Positions 21,748 to 33,000 of a stretch of 43,751 bases of DNA are shown here, in pieces (position 1 is the stretch's first letter; each line of letters begins with the position of its first letter). Source of the stretch: Burkholderiales bacterium (GTDB taxonomy: Bacteria; Pseudomonadota; Gammaproteobacteria; Burkholderiales; Burkholderiaceae_C); contig JAGWTL010000001.1 in the NCBI GenBank assembly GCA_028869035.1, positions 1 through 43,751 on the forward strand, written 5' to 3'. The notes under the pieces were generated by a model, which worked only from the letters and a program-made list of their open reading frames with translations, was not told where the DNA came from and ran no database searches. A program made the position numbers and the translations under genes.

Positions 21748-21957
21748 TTACTTTTCCAGCACCCACTGGATCACGAACTTGGCAGCAAAGCCGACCATGC
21801 CGAAGGCCAGACCCAGGAAGAGTACGAAGGTCCCGAAACGCCCGGCCTTGGATTCCCAGGCCAGGTGGGCAATGATGAACAGCATGTAGAGCATGAAAGC
21901 CCCCACGCCGAAGCTCAGGCCGAAGGCGGCGATCTGCTCCTCGGTGTAGCCGAACAT
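21748..21957 (-). CDS. Small membrane protein, DUF2788-like (69 aa)
   Basis: MFGYTEEQIA..AWESKAGRFGTFVLF, 2 TM helices. Its ATG overlaps the upstream stop (TGATG). Confidence 0.8.
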   Translation of the reverse strand: MFGYTEEQIAAFGLSFGVGAFMLYMLFIIAHLAWESKAGRFGTFVLFLGLAFGMVGFAAKFVIQWVLEK

Positions 21958-22778
21958 CAGCGCGCCTCCACGGCACCCGTTGTGCGCTCGGGCCAGGCCG
22001 ATGCGTCCACCAGATCGCGGTAGGCATGCCAGCTGGCATGGCCCAGCATGGGCATGACGGCGATCAGCCCGAGCAGGGCCGACAGCAGGCCCAGCAGGGT
22101 GAAGCCCATGATGAGCGTGGCCCACCAGGCCATGGGCGCGGGATTGGCCAGCACGACCTCCCAGCTGGTGATCACGGCCTGCAACACGCTGATGCGACGG
22201 TCCAGCATCAAGGGGATGGCAATGGCGCAGGAGGCGAACATGGGTGCGGCCATCAGGCCGCCCAGGGCCAGCCAGATCTCGAACAGCCAGTTGTCGTGCG
22301 CCAGCACCACGTGGCGCAGGAAATCCAGGGGCTGTTCGATGGGCACGGGCGACATCAACGTGATCAGCGCGGCCGAGGTCAGCACCCAGCCGGTGCCCGC
22401 CAGGCCCAGCAGCAGGCCGAATTGCACCAGGCGCCAGTCCTTGCCGTCACGGCTGTCCCCATGACGACGCCAGCTCAGCCAAGTCTTCAGCACCAGGCGC
22501 CATGACCTGGCTTCGCCGCGTTCCACCGCCTGGCTCAGCGCGTACAGGCCGGTGGCGAGCACCGGCCCGACCACCAGCAGGCCGGAGAAGGCGCCGGCCA
22601 GCCACCAGAACTGGTCATGTGCCAGCATCAGCAGGCCCAGGCCGACGACGGTCAGCACCAGGCCGTGTGCGAAGCTGACCCAGCCGCAGCGCCCGATGTC
22701 GCGCCAGCCCAGCTCCAGCCAGCGCATCGGCTGGTGCAGATCGATGGTGCGGATGACGGGTGCGGCGGTGGGTTTCAT
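21957..22778 (-). CDS. Integral membrane protein, DUF2189-like
   Basis: WLELGWRD, GPVLATGLYALS, PLMLDR, PMLGHASWHAYRD. Confidence 0.82.
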   Translation of the reverse strand: MKPTAAPVIRTIDLHQPMRWLELGWRDIGRCGWVSFAHGLVLTVVGLGLLMLAHDQFWWLAGAFSGLLVVGPVLATGLYALSQAVERGEARSWRLVLKTWLSWRRHGDSRDGKDWRLVQFGLLLGLAGTGWVLTSAALITLMSPVPIEQPLDFLRHVVLAHDNWLFEIWLALGGLMAAPMFASCAIAIPLMLDRRISVLQAVITSWEVVLANPAPMAWWATLIMGFTLLGLLSALLGLIAVMPMLGHASWHAYRDLVDASAWPERTTGAVEAR

Positions 22779-22790
22779 CAGGCTCCGAGG

Positions 22791-23279
22791 TTAGCCGTGC
22801 CCGCGATGGGGTCCATGGTGGTGCAAGCGGGCCGTGTTCTCATCGAAGACCTTCTTCTGCTCGGCGTTCAGAGAGTTGTAAAAGGTCCGCGTGGCCGCGT
22901 CACGTTGCTCGAAGGCCGCATCCCGTTGCTTGCGCATTTCGTTCATCTTGTCCAGGCGCTCGGGGGTGCTGAGCTTGGCCATGTCTTCGCGCTTGGGCAT
23001 CGAAGCGTGGGTCGGGGGCTTCATGGCGGCGAGGAAGGCGTTCCAGTTGCTTTCCTGCTCGGCACTCAGCTTGAGCTTGGCCTTGAGGTCGGCCGCTCGC
23101 TTGGCCATGTGCTCTTTCATGCGGTCCTGCCGGTGGGCGTGACGCTCGCCATCAGACTGGTGCACGCCGGGGCCTACGCCAGATCCTGCGGTGGGTCCGG
23201 GGCCGGATTGCGCCAGGGCTGCCAGGGCGGAAGTGGCCAGCACGGCGGCCAGCACGACGGGTTTGAAGTTGACTTTCAT
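22791..23279 (-). CDS. Spy/CpxP family (LTXXQ) periplasmic chaperone-like protein
   Basis: Signal peptide (ALA-Q), LKLSAEQ..W and LNAEQKKVFD motifs, His-rich tail. SD GAGGAT. Confidence 0.85.
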   Translation of the reverse strand: MKVNFKPVVLAAVLATSALAALAQSGPGPTAGSGVGPGVHQSDGERHAHRQDRMKEHMAKRAADLKAKLKLSAEQESNWNAFLAAMKPPTHASMPKREDMAKLSTPERLDKMNEMRKQRDAAFEQRDAATRTFYNSLNAEQKKVFDENTARLHHHGPHRGHG

Positions 23280-23400
23280 ATCCTCATCCTTTCAGATCAG
23301 ACCTGTTGTGAAGTAACAGGGTGCATGCAGTCTGCGCGGCTTGTGTATCGCGGGGATGTGGGTGTGCGTCGCGTGTGTAAAGCAGGCTCTAAGTAAGACC

Positions 23401-24282
23401 TCAGGCCAGGCGCCCGTTCTGGAAGTCCTCGACCGCTGTCATCAACTCCTCGCGCGTGTTCATGACGAAGGGGCCATATTGGGCAATAGGCTCCTTGAGC
23501 GGCCGTCCGGCGATCAGTAGCGCGCGTACCGGCGCGCCACTGGCATCAGCCTGCAGGCGCACGCCGTCGCCGCTGTTGTCCAGGATGGCCATGCGGTGCA
23601 GCGGCACCGCGGTGGCCTGCTCGCTGCCGTCCAGTACATGCACCGTGCCGCGGTAGGTATAGAGGAAAGCGTTGTAGCCCGCCGGCAGCGGCTGGCTGAA
23701 GACGGCGCCGCCGACAGGGAAATGCAGGTCCAGGTAGAGCGGGTCGGTCGGGTAGGCATCGGCCGGGCGCGCCATGGCCCCGGTCACGCCGTGGCTGTGG
23801 CCGGCGATCACACGCACGGTCACGCCTTCGGGCGTGGTGAACTCGGGAATCTCGGCACTCTGGATGTCGCGGTAGCCCGGTGTGCACATCTTGTCGCGGC
23901 CCGGCAGGTTGAGCCAGAGCTGGAAGCCCTCCATTACACCCTCTTGCTGTTCCGGCAGCTCGCTGTGGATCAGGCCGCGACCGGCCGTCATCCACTGTAC
24001 GCCGCCGTTTTGCAGCAGGCCCTCGTGGCCGGCGCTGTCGCGGTGGCGCATGCGCCCGGCGATCATGTAGGTGACGGTCTCGAAGCCGCGGTGCGGGTGA
24101 TCGGGAAAGCCGGCGATGTAGTCATCCGGGTCATTGCTGGCGAAGTTGTCCAGCATCAGGAAAGGGTCGAGCCGGCGCTGCAGGTCGTGCGTGAGTACGC
24201 GCGTGAGCTTGACGCCAGCACCGTCGGTGGTGGGCTGGCCGGTGACGAGGCGTTCGACGGCTCGGGGCGAGGTGACGGTCAT
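23401..24282 (-). CDS. Pirin family protein
   Basis: DPFLMLD, FPDHPHRGFETVTY, QWMTAGRGLIHSE, FQLWLNLP, YGPFVMN. Confidence 0.96.
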   Translation of the reverse strand: MTVTSPRAVERLVTGQPTTDGAGVKLTRVLTHDLQRRLDPFLMLDNFASNDPDDYIAGFPDHPHRGFETVTYMIAGRMRHRDSAGHEGLLQNGGVQWMTAGRGLIHSELPEQQEGVMEGFQLWLNLPGRDKMCTPGYRDIQSAEIPEFTTPEGVTVRVIAGHSHGVTGAMARPADAYPTDPLYLDLHFPVGGAVFSQPLPAGYNAFLYTYRGTVHVLDGSEQATAVPLHRMAILDNSGDGVRLQADASGAPVRALLIAGRPLKEPIAQYGPFVMNTREELMTAVEDFQNGRLA

Positions 24283-24384
24283 GGGCGGCGGAATCCTGTC
24301 GGGTGATGTGTCTGCCGGGCCGGGAAGGCCCGGGACATGAACACATGGTAGCGGGGGCCGAATCCCCGCGCCGCCGTGCAGCTA

Positions 24385-24588
24385 TCAGGCCTTGGGGGCG
24401 TCCTTGACGGAACAGGTGTCGATGCCCAGCATCGCGTAGGGTGGGCACCAGCCCATGAGGCCGGTGGCCATGGGGATCAGCCCGAGCCAGCCCCACCAGC
24501 CGACGGTGCCGGTGGCCGCCAGACCGACCAAGATGGCGCCCACGAGGATGCGGGCGACGCGTTCCATGCCGCCGATATTGGTTTTCAT
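24385..24588 (-). CDS. DUF2892 / YgaP-like small membrane protein (67 aa)
   Basis: MKTNIGGMERVAR..TGLMGWCPPYAMLGIDTC. SD AGGAG precedes ATG 24588. Confidence 0.85.
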   Translation of the reverse strand: MKTNIGGMERVARILVGAILVGLAATGTVGWWGWLGLIPMATGLMGWCPPYAMLGIDTCSVKDAPKA

Positions 24589-24640
24589 GCCGTACTCCTG
24601 TTGTGGATGCGGACCATTATTGGACGCGGACCCGGGGTCG

Positions 24641-25057
24641 TCAACTGCCCTGTTGCGCCAAGTCGTCCAGGATGGGGCAGTCTGGCCGCTCGTCGCCATG
24701 GCAGTGGTGCAGGAGCTGGTGCAAGGTGCGCTGCATGGCCTGCATGGACTCGATGCGTGCGGCCAGTTCGTCCACGTGCTTTTGTGCGATGCGCTTGACG
24801 CTGGCGCTGGTGCGCCGGCGGTTCTGCCACAAGGTCACCAGCTCGGCGATCTCGGCCATGGAAAAGCCCAGGTCGCGCGAGCGCTTGATGAAACGCAAGG
24901 TGTGCACATCGGCCTCGTTGTACTGGCGGTAGCCGCTGTCCGTGCGTGCCACGCGCGGCAGCAGGCCCAACGATTCGTAGTGCCGCACCATCTTGGCCGA
25001 GATGCCCGAAAGTTCGGCCACGGCGCCGATGTTGACCGGCCAGCGAACATTGTCCAT
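24641..25057 (-). CDS. cueR: Cu(I)-responsive MerR-family regulator
   Basis: MerR HTH (NIG..SAKMVRHYE, GYRQY) and metal loop CHGDERPDCPIL. Confidence 0.93.
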   Translation of the reverse strand: MDNVRWPVNIGAVAELSGISAKMVRHYESLGLLPRVARTDSGYRQYNEADVHTLRFIKRSRDLGFSMAEIAELVTLWQNRRRTSASVKRIAQKHVDELAARIESMQAMQRTLHQLLHHCHGDERPDCPILDDLAQQGS

Positions 25058-25062
25058 GGTGC

Positions 25063-25260
25063 TCAGGCCGTGACGGCGTAGCCTTCTTCGGCGATGGCTT
25101 TGGCCAGCGTCTCGCGCGGCTGTTGTGACCGCACCTCGACGAGGTTCCGGCTACGGTCGATCTGGACTTCGGCTTGCGGGTCCACCTGCCGGATGGCGCG
25201 GGTGACGGATTTCTCGCAATGGCCGCAGGTCATGCCGCTGACGGTGAAGGTCTGGTTCAT
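25063..25260 (-). CDS. copZ: Copper chaperone (HMA domain)
   Basis: MNQTFTVSGMTCGHC..EEGY, 65 aa. Confidence 0.9.
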   Translation of the reverse strand: MNQTFTVSGMTCGHCEKSVTRAIRQVDPQAEVQIDRSRNLVEVRSQQPRETLAKAIAEEGYAVTA

Positions 25261-25298
25261 GGTCTTTTTCCTCAAGAACAGGGGTTGGTGGGAAGCAT

Positions 25299-25329
25299 AT
25301 GCTGAACCCTGCCACCGTGGGAAGGTCAA
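25299..25329 (-). promoter_or_regulatory. CueR-type promoter/operator for copZ-cueR
   Basis: Minus strand TTGACC-N19-CAGCAT with dyad ACCTTCCC..GGCAGGGT. Confidence 0.85.
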
Positions 25330-25379
25330 TCGTACGGGTCATCAACCTTTTCTGCAGCAAGGTTGATCCAGGACAAGAC

Positions 25380-25410
25380 TTGACCCTGCCATCATGGCGA
25401 GGTTCAACAT
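25380..25410 (+). promoter_or_regulatory. CueR-type promoter/operator for copA
   Basis: TTGACC-N19-CAACAT with dyad ACCCTGCCAT-C-ATGGCGAGGT. Confidence 0.85.
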
Positions 25411-25417
25411 CCAGACC

Positions 25418-27637
25418 ATGAATACTTCCAACCCCACTTCTTCCCTGGCCACGCTGGACCTCGGCATCGATGGCATGACCTGCGCCTCCTGCGTGACACG
25501 CGTGGAAAAAGCCCTGAAAAAGGTCCCGGGCGTGAGCGAGGCGGCCGTCAACCTGGCCACCGAGTCGGCGCGTGTGAGCTACGCGCCATCGGAACAGGTC
25601 GAGGCGCGTCTGCGCCGGGCCGTGCGCGACGCCGGCTATGAGCCGCGTGCCGCCGATGCGCTGGTGCAGGAGGGTGAGGCCTCGCCCTGGGCCGGCTTCG
25701 CGCCGGTGGGCATCGGCCTGGCCCTGTCCTTGCCCCTGGTCGTACCCATGCTGGGCGACCTGGGGAGGTTCCACTGGATGCTGCCGGCCTGGGTGCAGTT
25801 TGCGCTGGCCACGCCGGTGCAGTTCATCCTCGGCGCGCGTTTCTACAAGGCCGGCTGGTTCGCGCTCAAGGCCCTGACCGGCAATATGGACCTGCTGGTG
25901 GCCATCGGCACCACGGCGGGCTGGGCGCTGTCGGTCTGGCTCTGGCTGTCGGCCGAACAGGGGGAGATGGCGCACCTGTACTTCGAAGCCTCGGCCGTGG
26001 TGGTCACGCTGGTGTTGCTGGGCAAGTGGCTGGAGGCCAGAGCCAAGCGCCAGACCACGGCCGCCATCCGCGCCCTGCATGCGCTGCGACCCGAGCTGGC
26101 GCACCTGATCGGGGTGGACGGCGAACTCGACGTGCCCGTGGCCGAGGTGCTGGTCGGCGACAAACTGGTGGTACGCCCCGGCGAGCGTTTCCCGGTGGAC
26201 GGCACCCTGCTGGAAGGGCACACCCAGGTGGACGAGTCCATGCTCACGGGTGAACCTCTGCCCGTGGCCAAGGACGCCGGCGCCAGGCTCACCGGCGGCT
26301 CCATCAACGGCGAGGGCCGGCTTGTGATGCAGGTGGCGGCCGTGGGCAGCGAGACGGTGCTGGCGCACATCATCCGCCTGGTGGAGGACGCGCAGGCCGC
26401 CAAGGCGCCGATCCAGCGCCTGGTGGACCAGGTGTCGGCGGTGTTCGTGCCGGTGGTGCTGCTCATCGCCCTGCTGACCCTGCTGGGCTGGCTGTGGGTC
26501 GGAGCTTCCGGCGAGGCCGCCATCATCCACGCCGTGGCCGTGCTGGTCATTGCCTGCCCCTGTGCGCTGGGCCTGGCCACGCCGGCGGCCATCATGGCCG
26601 GCACCGGTGTTGCCGCGAAGCACGGCATCCTGATCAAGGACGCGCAGGCGTTGGAACTGGCGCACAAGGTCGACACCGTGGCTTTCGACAAGACCGGCAC
26701 GCTGACCCTGGGCCAGCCGCGCCTGACGGCTTTCGAGGTGGCGCCGGACCAGGACGAGGCGCGCTTGCTGGCCGCCGCCGCCAGTCTGCAAAGCGGCAGC
26801 GAGCACCCGTTGGCACGCGCCGTGGTGCGTGCTGCACAGGATCGGCAGATTGCGCAGGTTGTCCCCGACAACGTGCGCGCCGTGCCCGGGCGCGGTAGCG
26901 AGGGCGAGGTGGGCGTGAGGAGCTATCTGATCGGCAGTCTGCGCTGGATGGACGAGTTGCGCGTGTCTCTGGGGCCGATGGCGGTGCGTGCAGCCGCGCT
27001 GCAGGCGCAGGGCGCTACCGTCTCGGTCATGGTGGAACGCAGCACGCAGGGGCTCACCTTGCGGGCCCTGCTGGCTTTCGGCGACGAGCCCAAGCCCGGC
27101 GCGAAGGAGGCGCTGGCCGCCTTGCGCGCGCGCGGTATCCGCACCGTGATGATCTCGGGTGACAACCGCGGTGCGGCCGAGACCATGGCGCGTCGCCTGG
27201 GCCTGCGCCCCGAGGCCGGCGAAGTAATGGCCGAGGTGCTGCCGGGAGACAAGGCTGCGAAAGTGGCCGAACTCAAGGCGGGCGGGCGCACTGTCGCCAT
27301 GGTGGGCGATGGCGTCAACGACGCGCCGGCCCTGGCCGCGGCCGACGTGGGCCTGGCCATGGGCAATGGGACCGACGTGGCCATGCATGCGGCCGGCATC
27401 ACTTTGATGCGCGGTGACCCGCTGCTGGTGGCCGCCGCGCTGGAGGTTTCGGACCGCACGGTCGCCAAGATCCGCCAGAACCTGTTCTGGGCCTTTGTCT
27501 ACAACGTGGCCGGCATTCCCCTGGCGGCCCTGGGTTATCTGAACCCGGTGATCGCCGGCGCGGCCATGGCCTTGAGCTCGGTCAGCGTGATGAGCAATGC
27601 CCTCCTGCTGCGTCGCTGGCGTCCCGGGGGCGGGTGA
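25418..27637 (+). CDS. copA: Cu(I)-exporting P1B-type ATPase
   Basis: [29 protein letters not shown] and MALSS motifs of P1B-1. Start moved to 25418 because ATG 25394 lies inside the promoter spacer. Confidence 0.95.
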   Translation: MNTSNPTSSLATLDLGIDGMTCASCVTRVEKALKKVPGVSEAAVNLATESARVSYAPSEQVEARLRRAVRDAGYEPRAADALVQEGEASPWAGFAPVGIGLALSLPLVVPMLGDLGRFHWMLPAWVQFALATPVQFILGARFYKAGWFALKALTGNMDLLVAIGTTAGWALSVWLWLSAEQGEMAHLYFEASAVVVTLVLLGKWLEARAKRQTTAAIRALHALRPELAHLIGVDGELDVPVAEVLVGDKLVVRPGERFPVDGTLLEGHTQVDESMLTGEPLPVAKDAGARLTGGSINGEGRLVMQVAAVGSETVLAHIIRLVEDAQAAKAPIQRLVDQVSAVFVPVVLLIALLTLLGWLWVGASGEAAIIHAVAVLVIACPCALGLATPAAIMAGTGVAAKHGILIKDAQALELAHKVDTVAFDKTGTLTLGQPRLTAFEVAPDQDEARLLAAAASLQSGSEHPLARAVVRAAQDRQIAQVVPDNVRAVPGRGSEGEVGVRSYLIGSLRWMDELRVSLGPMAVRAAALQAQGATVSVMVERSTQGLTLRALLAFGDEPKPGAKEALAALRARGIRTVMISGDNRGAAETMARRLGLRPEAGEVMAEVLPGDKAAKVAELKAGGRTVAMVGDGVNDAPALAAADVGLAMGNGTDVAMHAAGITLMRGDPLLVAAALEVSDRTVAKIRQNLFWAFVYNVAGIPLAALGYLNPVIAGAAMALSSVSVMSNALLLRRWRPGGG

Positions 27638-27757
27638 GATGCGCGCCCCATCGTCGCCAAGACCTGAACTGGCTGACAAATACGTGCTATTACCGGCAGG
27701 CCATAGGGAGGCCGCGCTCTAGAATGCCCGGATCAAGTCAAGGAGGGGAGTAACCCT

Positions 27758-29359
27758 ATGGTCAGCAGCATTTTTGTCCTGATGCGCCAGTTCACGATCC
27801 GTTTGCGCATGCTCGGAGCGATCGGTGTGGTGATGGTCCTGCTGTTGCTGGTCGGCGGAGCCGGCGTGTTCGGCATGTTCCGCATCCACCAGCTCAGCGC
27901 CGAGGTGATCGACGAGTCGCTGGCCGTGGTGGACCGCGTGGCCCGCCTGCGCTTCGACATGGCCCAGGTGCGTCGTTACGAGAAGGACATGATCATCCAG
28001 TACGAGAAGCCCGAGCAGATCCGCCAGATCCGTACGCGCTGGGAAGCCGACATGCAGCAGATCGAGAAGAGCGTGGAAGGGCTGTCGGCCAGCCTGTCCG
28101 AGGCGCGCCGGCCGCAGCTGCAGAAGGCGGCGGATCACCTCAAGAGCTATCGCAACATGTTCGGCGGCATCACCCGCCAGCTCGAAGACAGCGCCTATGA
28201 AACGGCGACCATCGCCAACCGCATGAGCGGGCGCGCCGTGGCCGAGTTCGAGGAGGCCGACAAGCTGCTCACGCAGATCGACGAGAGGCAACGCGCCGAT
28301 GCACAGGCTTCCAATGCCAGTCGCAACGCCGTGCTGGACCAGACTCTGATCGTTTTTGCCGGCCTCGTGGTGCTGAGCCTGATGGTGGTGGTGCCGCTGA
28401 CCCTGCTCAATATGCAGGCCATCTGCCGTCCGGTGGAACAGGCCCGCCAGCTGGCCCAGGCCATCGCCAGCGGCGACCTGTCGCAAGGCCTGCAGGTGCA
28501 GGGGCGCGACGAGGCGGCCGATCTGTCGCGTGCGCTGGAGCAGATGCGTGGCGGACTGGCTGCCATGGTGGGCCAGCTGCGCGAGGCCGGTGAAAGCATC
28601 TCCATCGCCAGCAGCGAGATCGCCACCGGCAACCAGGATCTGTCCAACCGCACCGAGCAGACCGCCGGCAATGTGCAGCACACGGTGAGCTCCATCGGCG
28701 CACTCAGCGGCAATGTGCAGCAGACCGCCGCCTCGGCGCAGACCGCCAGCCAGCTGGTGGCCACCGCCTCCCAGGCCGCGCAGCGCGGCGGCTCGGTGGT
28801 GACGCAGGCGGTGCAGAGCATGCACAGCATCTCGCAGTCCAGCCGCAAGATCAACGACATCATCGGCGTGATCGACGGTATTGCCTTCCAGACCAACATC
28901 CTGGCGCTCAATGCGGCCGTGGAAGCCGCGCGTGCCGGCGAGCAGGGCCGCGGTTTTGCCGTGGTGGCCAGCGAGGTGCGCTCGCTCGCGGGTCGCAGCG
29001 CCGAGGCCGCCAGGGAGATCAAGGCCCTGATTGGCGCCAGCGTGACGGCCGTGGATGGCGGTGTGCGCCAGGTCGAAGAAGCCGGTGCCGCGATGCAGGA
29101 GATCGTCAGCGGCGTGCAGCGCGTGCGCGACATCATTGGCGAGATCACGGTGGCGGCCGCCAGCCAGTCCAGCGGCATTGGCGAGGTCAACCAGGCAGTG
29201 CAGGAGATCGACCGCATGACACAGCAGAACGCCGCCCTGGTCGAGCAGTCGGCGGCGGCCGCCGAGTCCATGCGCGAGCAGGCTGAGCGCCTGGCCGGCA
29301 TCGTGCGCCAGTTCCGCCTGGAAGCCCAGGGTCGCGGCGGCCCCTTGCTGCTGGCCTGA
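27758..29359 (+). CDS. Methyl-accepting chemotaxis protein
   Basis: TM, periplasmic helical sensor, TM, HAMP, and [41 protein letters not shown]. Confidence 0.96.
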   Translation: MVSSIFVLMRQFTIRLRMLGAIGVVMVLLLLVGGAGVFGMFRIHQLSAEVIDESLAVVDRVARLRFDMAQVRRYEKDMIIQYEKPEQIRQIRTRWEADMQQIEKSVEGLSASLSEARRPQLQKAADHLKSYRNMFGGITRQLEDSAYETATIANRMSGRAVAEFEEADKLLTQIDERQRADAQASNASRNAVLDQTLIVFAGLVVLSLMVVVPLTLLNMQAICRPVEQARQLAQAIASGDLSQGLQVQGRDEAADLSRALEQMRGGLAAMVGQLREAGESISIASSEIATGNQDLSNRTEQTAGNVQHTVSSIGALSGNVQQTAASAQTASQLVATASQAAQRGGSVVTQAVQSMHSISQSSRKINDIIGVIDGIAFQTNILALNAAVEAARAGEQGRGFAVVASEVRSLAGRSAEAAREIKALIGASVTAVDGGVRQVEEAGAAMQEIVSGVQRVRDIIGEITVAAASQSSGIGEVNQAVQEIDRMTQQNAALVEQSAAAAESMREQAERLAGIVRQFRLEAQGRGGPLLLA

Positions 29360-29379
29360 GTCGCGCCAGACTGCGCAAA

Positions 29380-29397
29380 GCTTGACGAGTGTCAAGC
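29380..29397. promoter_or_regulatory. FNR/DNR-type box upstream of the hemerythrin gene
   Basis: GCTTGAC-GAGT-GTCAAGC: perfect 7-bp dyad, TTGAC-N4-GTCAA. Confidence 0.6.
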
Positions 29398-29458
29398 CCG
29401 CGCGGTGTCGGCCATGCCAAGCTGGGAACCATCATCTGATCCGATCGGGAGGTTCTCC

Positions 29459-30043
29459 ATGGCCCATGTCAGCTTACGCATCATTCACGACGAGCATGCC
29501 GCACTGTCGGCCGTGCTCCAGTCCCTGCGCATGATGGTCCGGCGCGGGCCGGGCGACGGCCCGGAGCAGTTCTTCGACGTGCTGCGCGCCATGTTGTTCT
29601 ACATCGACGAGTTTCCCGAGCGCCTGCATCACACCAAGGAAACCGAGCTGTTGTTTCCGCCGGTGCGCGCGCGTGCGCCGCACCTCCATGAGGCGCTGGA
29701 TCGGCTGGACCGGGACCACGCGCACGGCGAGGCGGCGGTGCGCGAGTTGCAACACCTGCTGCTGGCCTGGGAACTGCTGGGAGACTCAAGACGTGAGGTC
29801 TTCGAGTTGGCCGTAGCGCGCTACCTGGATTTCTATCTGGAGCACATGAAGCTGGAAGAGACTGTCATCCTGCCCGAGGCCGAGAAGGTGCTGAGTGCAC
29901 AGGATTGGCTGGCACTGGACGAGGCCTTTGCCACCAACTGCGACCCGCTGACTGGCAAGTACTCGCGCGATCCGGTCTACGACCGCCTCTTCACGCGCAT
30001 CGTGATGCGCGCACCGGCGCCCATCGGCGTCGGTGCGGACTGA
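29459..30043 (+). CDS. Hemerythrin-like (HHE cation-binding) protein
   Basis: IHDEH, HHTKETELLFP, DRDH, HMKLEE. SD GGGAGG precedes ATG 29459. Confidence 0.88.
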   Translation: MAHVSLRIIHDEHAALSAVLQSLRMMVRRGPGDGPEQFFDVLRAMLFYIDEFPERLHHTKETELLFPPVRARAPHLHEALDRLDRDHAHGEAAVRELQHLLLAWELLGDSRREVFELAVARYLDFYLEHMKLEETVILPEAEKVLSAQDWLALDEAFATNCDPLTGKYSRDPVYDRLFTRIVMRAPAPIGVGAD

Positions 30044-30050
30044 GCCGTGT

Positions 30051-33000
30051 TCAGGTTTCTTCGTCCGGGCGCCTGCCCGTGAACCAGGCGACGTAGAGCA
30101 CGGGTAGCAGCACCAGCGTGAGCAGGGTGGCTGTCACCAGGCCGCCGATCACCACGATGGCCAGCGGGCGCTGGGTTTCGGAGCCGATGTCGTGCGACAA
30201 CGCCATGGGCAGCAGGCCCAGCGCGGCCAGCATGGCCGTCATCAGAACCGTGCGCAGGCGTTGCATGGAGCCGGTGCGCGCCGCCTCCAGCACGCTGTAG
30301 CCTGCGTTGCGCAGCTGCTGGAACACCGAGAGCATCACCACGCCGTTGAGCACGGCCTGGCCTGACAGGGCGATGAAACCGATGGCAGCCGACACCGACA
30401 GCGGGATGTCGAACACCCACAGCGCGATGAAACCGCCGATCAGGGCCAGCGGCACGTTGATCAGGATCAGCGCCGCCTTCTTGAAGGAGCTGAAGGCGTC
30501 GAACAGCAGCACGAAGATCAGCAGCAACGAGATCGGCACCACCACGGACAGGCGCTGCATGGCGCGTTCCTGGTTCTCGAACTCGCCTGACCAGTTGACG
30601 GTGTAGTTTTCGGGTACCCGGACATTGGCCGCCACGCGGGCCTTCATGTCCTTGACCACCGAGCCCATGTCACGCCCCTTGATGAAGACGCCGATGGCCA
30701 TGGTGCGGCGACCGGCTTCGCGCGCGATGTTCATGGCCCCCGGACTCTGCCGGATGCTGGCGACGGAACCCAGGGTCGTATAACCCCCGCTGGGGATGGC
30801 CAGCGGAGTGGACGGCAGATTGGCGATGGTGCGCTCGTCTTCGGGCAGACGAACCGCCACGGCAAATTTCTTCTCGCCTTCCCACAAGAGGGTGGCGGCG
30901 CGACCGGCCAATGCCGATTCGATCACATCCTGTACGTCACTGACGTTCAGCCCGAAACGCGAAGCCCGTTCGCGGTCGATATCAATCAGCAGCTGAGGCA
31001 GTTCACCCAGGCGGTCGACCTCTGCGCGCTGCACGCCTTGCACACGACGAAACTCCAGCCGCATCGCTTCTACGGTGCGTTGCAATTCACCCAGATCCTC
31101 GCCGGCGACCTTGACGACGATCTGGCCCTTGATCTGCGAGATCGATTCGAGCACGTTGTCGCGTATGGGTTGCGAGAAGGCTGGATCGACGCCAGGAATG
31201 ACCGACAGCTTGCGGTCCATTTCCTCGATCAGCGCATCCCGCGTCATGCCTTTGCGCCACTCTTCCGCCGGCTTTACATCGACGAAGACCTCGGCCATGC
31301 TCAGGGTTTTGGGGTCGGTTCCGTCCTCAGGCTGGCCGGCCTTGGAGACGACGGTGCGCACTTCGGGGATCGTCAAAAGCAGCTCGCGGGCAGTACGCAG
31401 GACCTTGATGGCCTGTTCCTGCGACTGGCTGGCAGGCATGTCCCAGTTGACCCAGAAGGTGCCTTCGTTGAGCTCGGGCAGGAACTCTGAACCGAGGCGG
31501 GCGGCCGCACCCAGGCCCAGAACGAAGGCGCCCAGCGCGATGGCGATCACCTTGCGCTGGTGTGTCAGTGCCCAGTCCAGCACCGGCGTGTAGACGCGCT
31601 TGGCGGCGGCGACCACGCGGTTGTCCCCGTGCGGCAGCTTCTTGCGCAGCATCCAATAGGCCAGCAGGGGCACCAGCGTGAGCGAGAAAATCAGTGAACC
31701 GATCAAGGCGGTCGTGACGGAGAGCGCCATGGGCTGGAAGATGCGGCCCTCGTGCCGCTGCAGCGCAAAGATCGGAATGTGCGCGGCGATGATGATCAGC
31801 ATGGAAAACAGGGTGGGGCGGCCCACCTCGTTGGCCGCTTCGATGATGGTCTGGCGTCTTTCGCTCTCGGACATATTCTCGCTGTCCTTCTCGAGCCGGT
31901 GCATGATGTTCTCGATCACGATCACCGCGCCGTCGACGATGATGCCGAAGTCCATGGCGCCCAGCGACAGCAGATTGGCAGGCACGCCCATGATCTTCAG
32001 GCCCATGAAGGTGGCCAGCAGCGCCAGCGGGATCACCACCACCACGGCCAGGCTGGCGCGCAGGTTGGACAGGAAGATGTAGAGCACCAGGGACACCAGC
32101 AGCGCGCCTTCGACCAGGTTGTGGAACACCGTGGTCAGGGTCTTGCCCATGAGCCAGGTGCGGTCGTAGAAGGGCGCGATGTGCACGCCCGGAGGCAGCC
32201 CTCGCTCGTTGAGCTGTTCAATCTTGTCCTTCACCCCGTGCAGCACCTCGCTGGCGTTTTCACCCTTGCGCATGATGACGATGCCGATCACGGCGTCATC
32301 GTCATGGTCCTGTCCGGTGATGCCCAGCCGGGGCACGGAGCCCAGCTTGATCTGCGCCACGTCGCGGATCAGGATGGGCGTGCCGTTGCGCGAGTCCAGC
32401 ACGATGCGGCCGATGTCGTCGGCTGAACGCAGCAGGCCGATGCCGCGGATGGCGAACTGCTGCGAGCCCTGTGCCACATAACTGCCGCCGGCATTGGAGT
32501 TGCCGCGGCCCAGGGCGTCGAGCAGGTTCTGGAAGGTCAGCTTGTAGGCGCGCAGCTTGTCCAGGTCGGGTTGTACTTCGTACTGCTTGATGAATCCGCC
32601 CATGGCCACAACATCGGCGACGCCGGGCACCTGACGCAGCGCACGCTCCACGACCCAGTCCTGCTGCGTTCTCAGATCGGTAGTGGACAGGCCGTCGCCG
32701 CGCAGACGGTAACGCATGATTTCGCCCACGGGCGTGGCATTCGGCGCAATGCTCACCCGGGCCCCGGGCGGCAGGTCGACCCCGTTGAGTCGCTCCATCA
32801 CCTGCTGACGCGCCAGGTTGACGTTGGCACTGTCGTCGTAGGTGACCACGGTATAGGACAGGCCGAACTGGGTGTGAGAGAACAGACGGATCGAGTTGGG
32901 CAGGCCGGCCAGTGCCGTTTCGACAGGGAGCGTGACCTGTTTCTCGACTTCTTCAGCGGCTCGTCCAGGGAAAAGGGAAATGACCGTGACCTGTGTGTCA

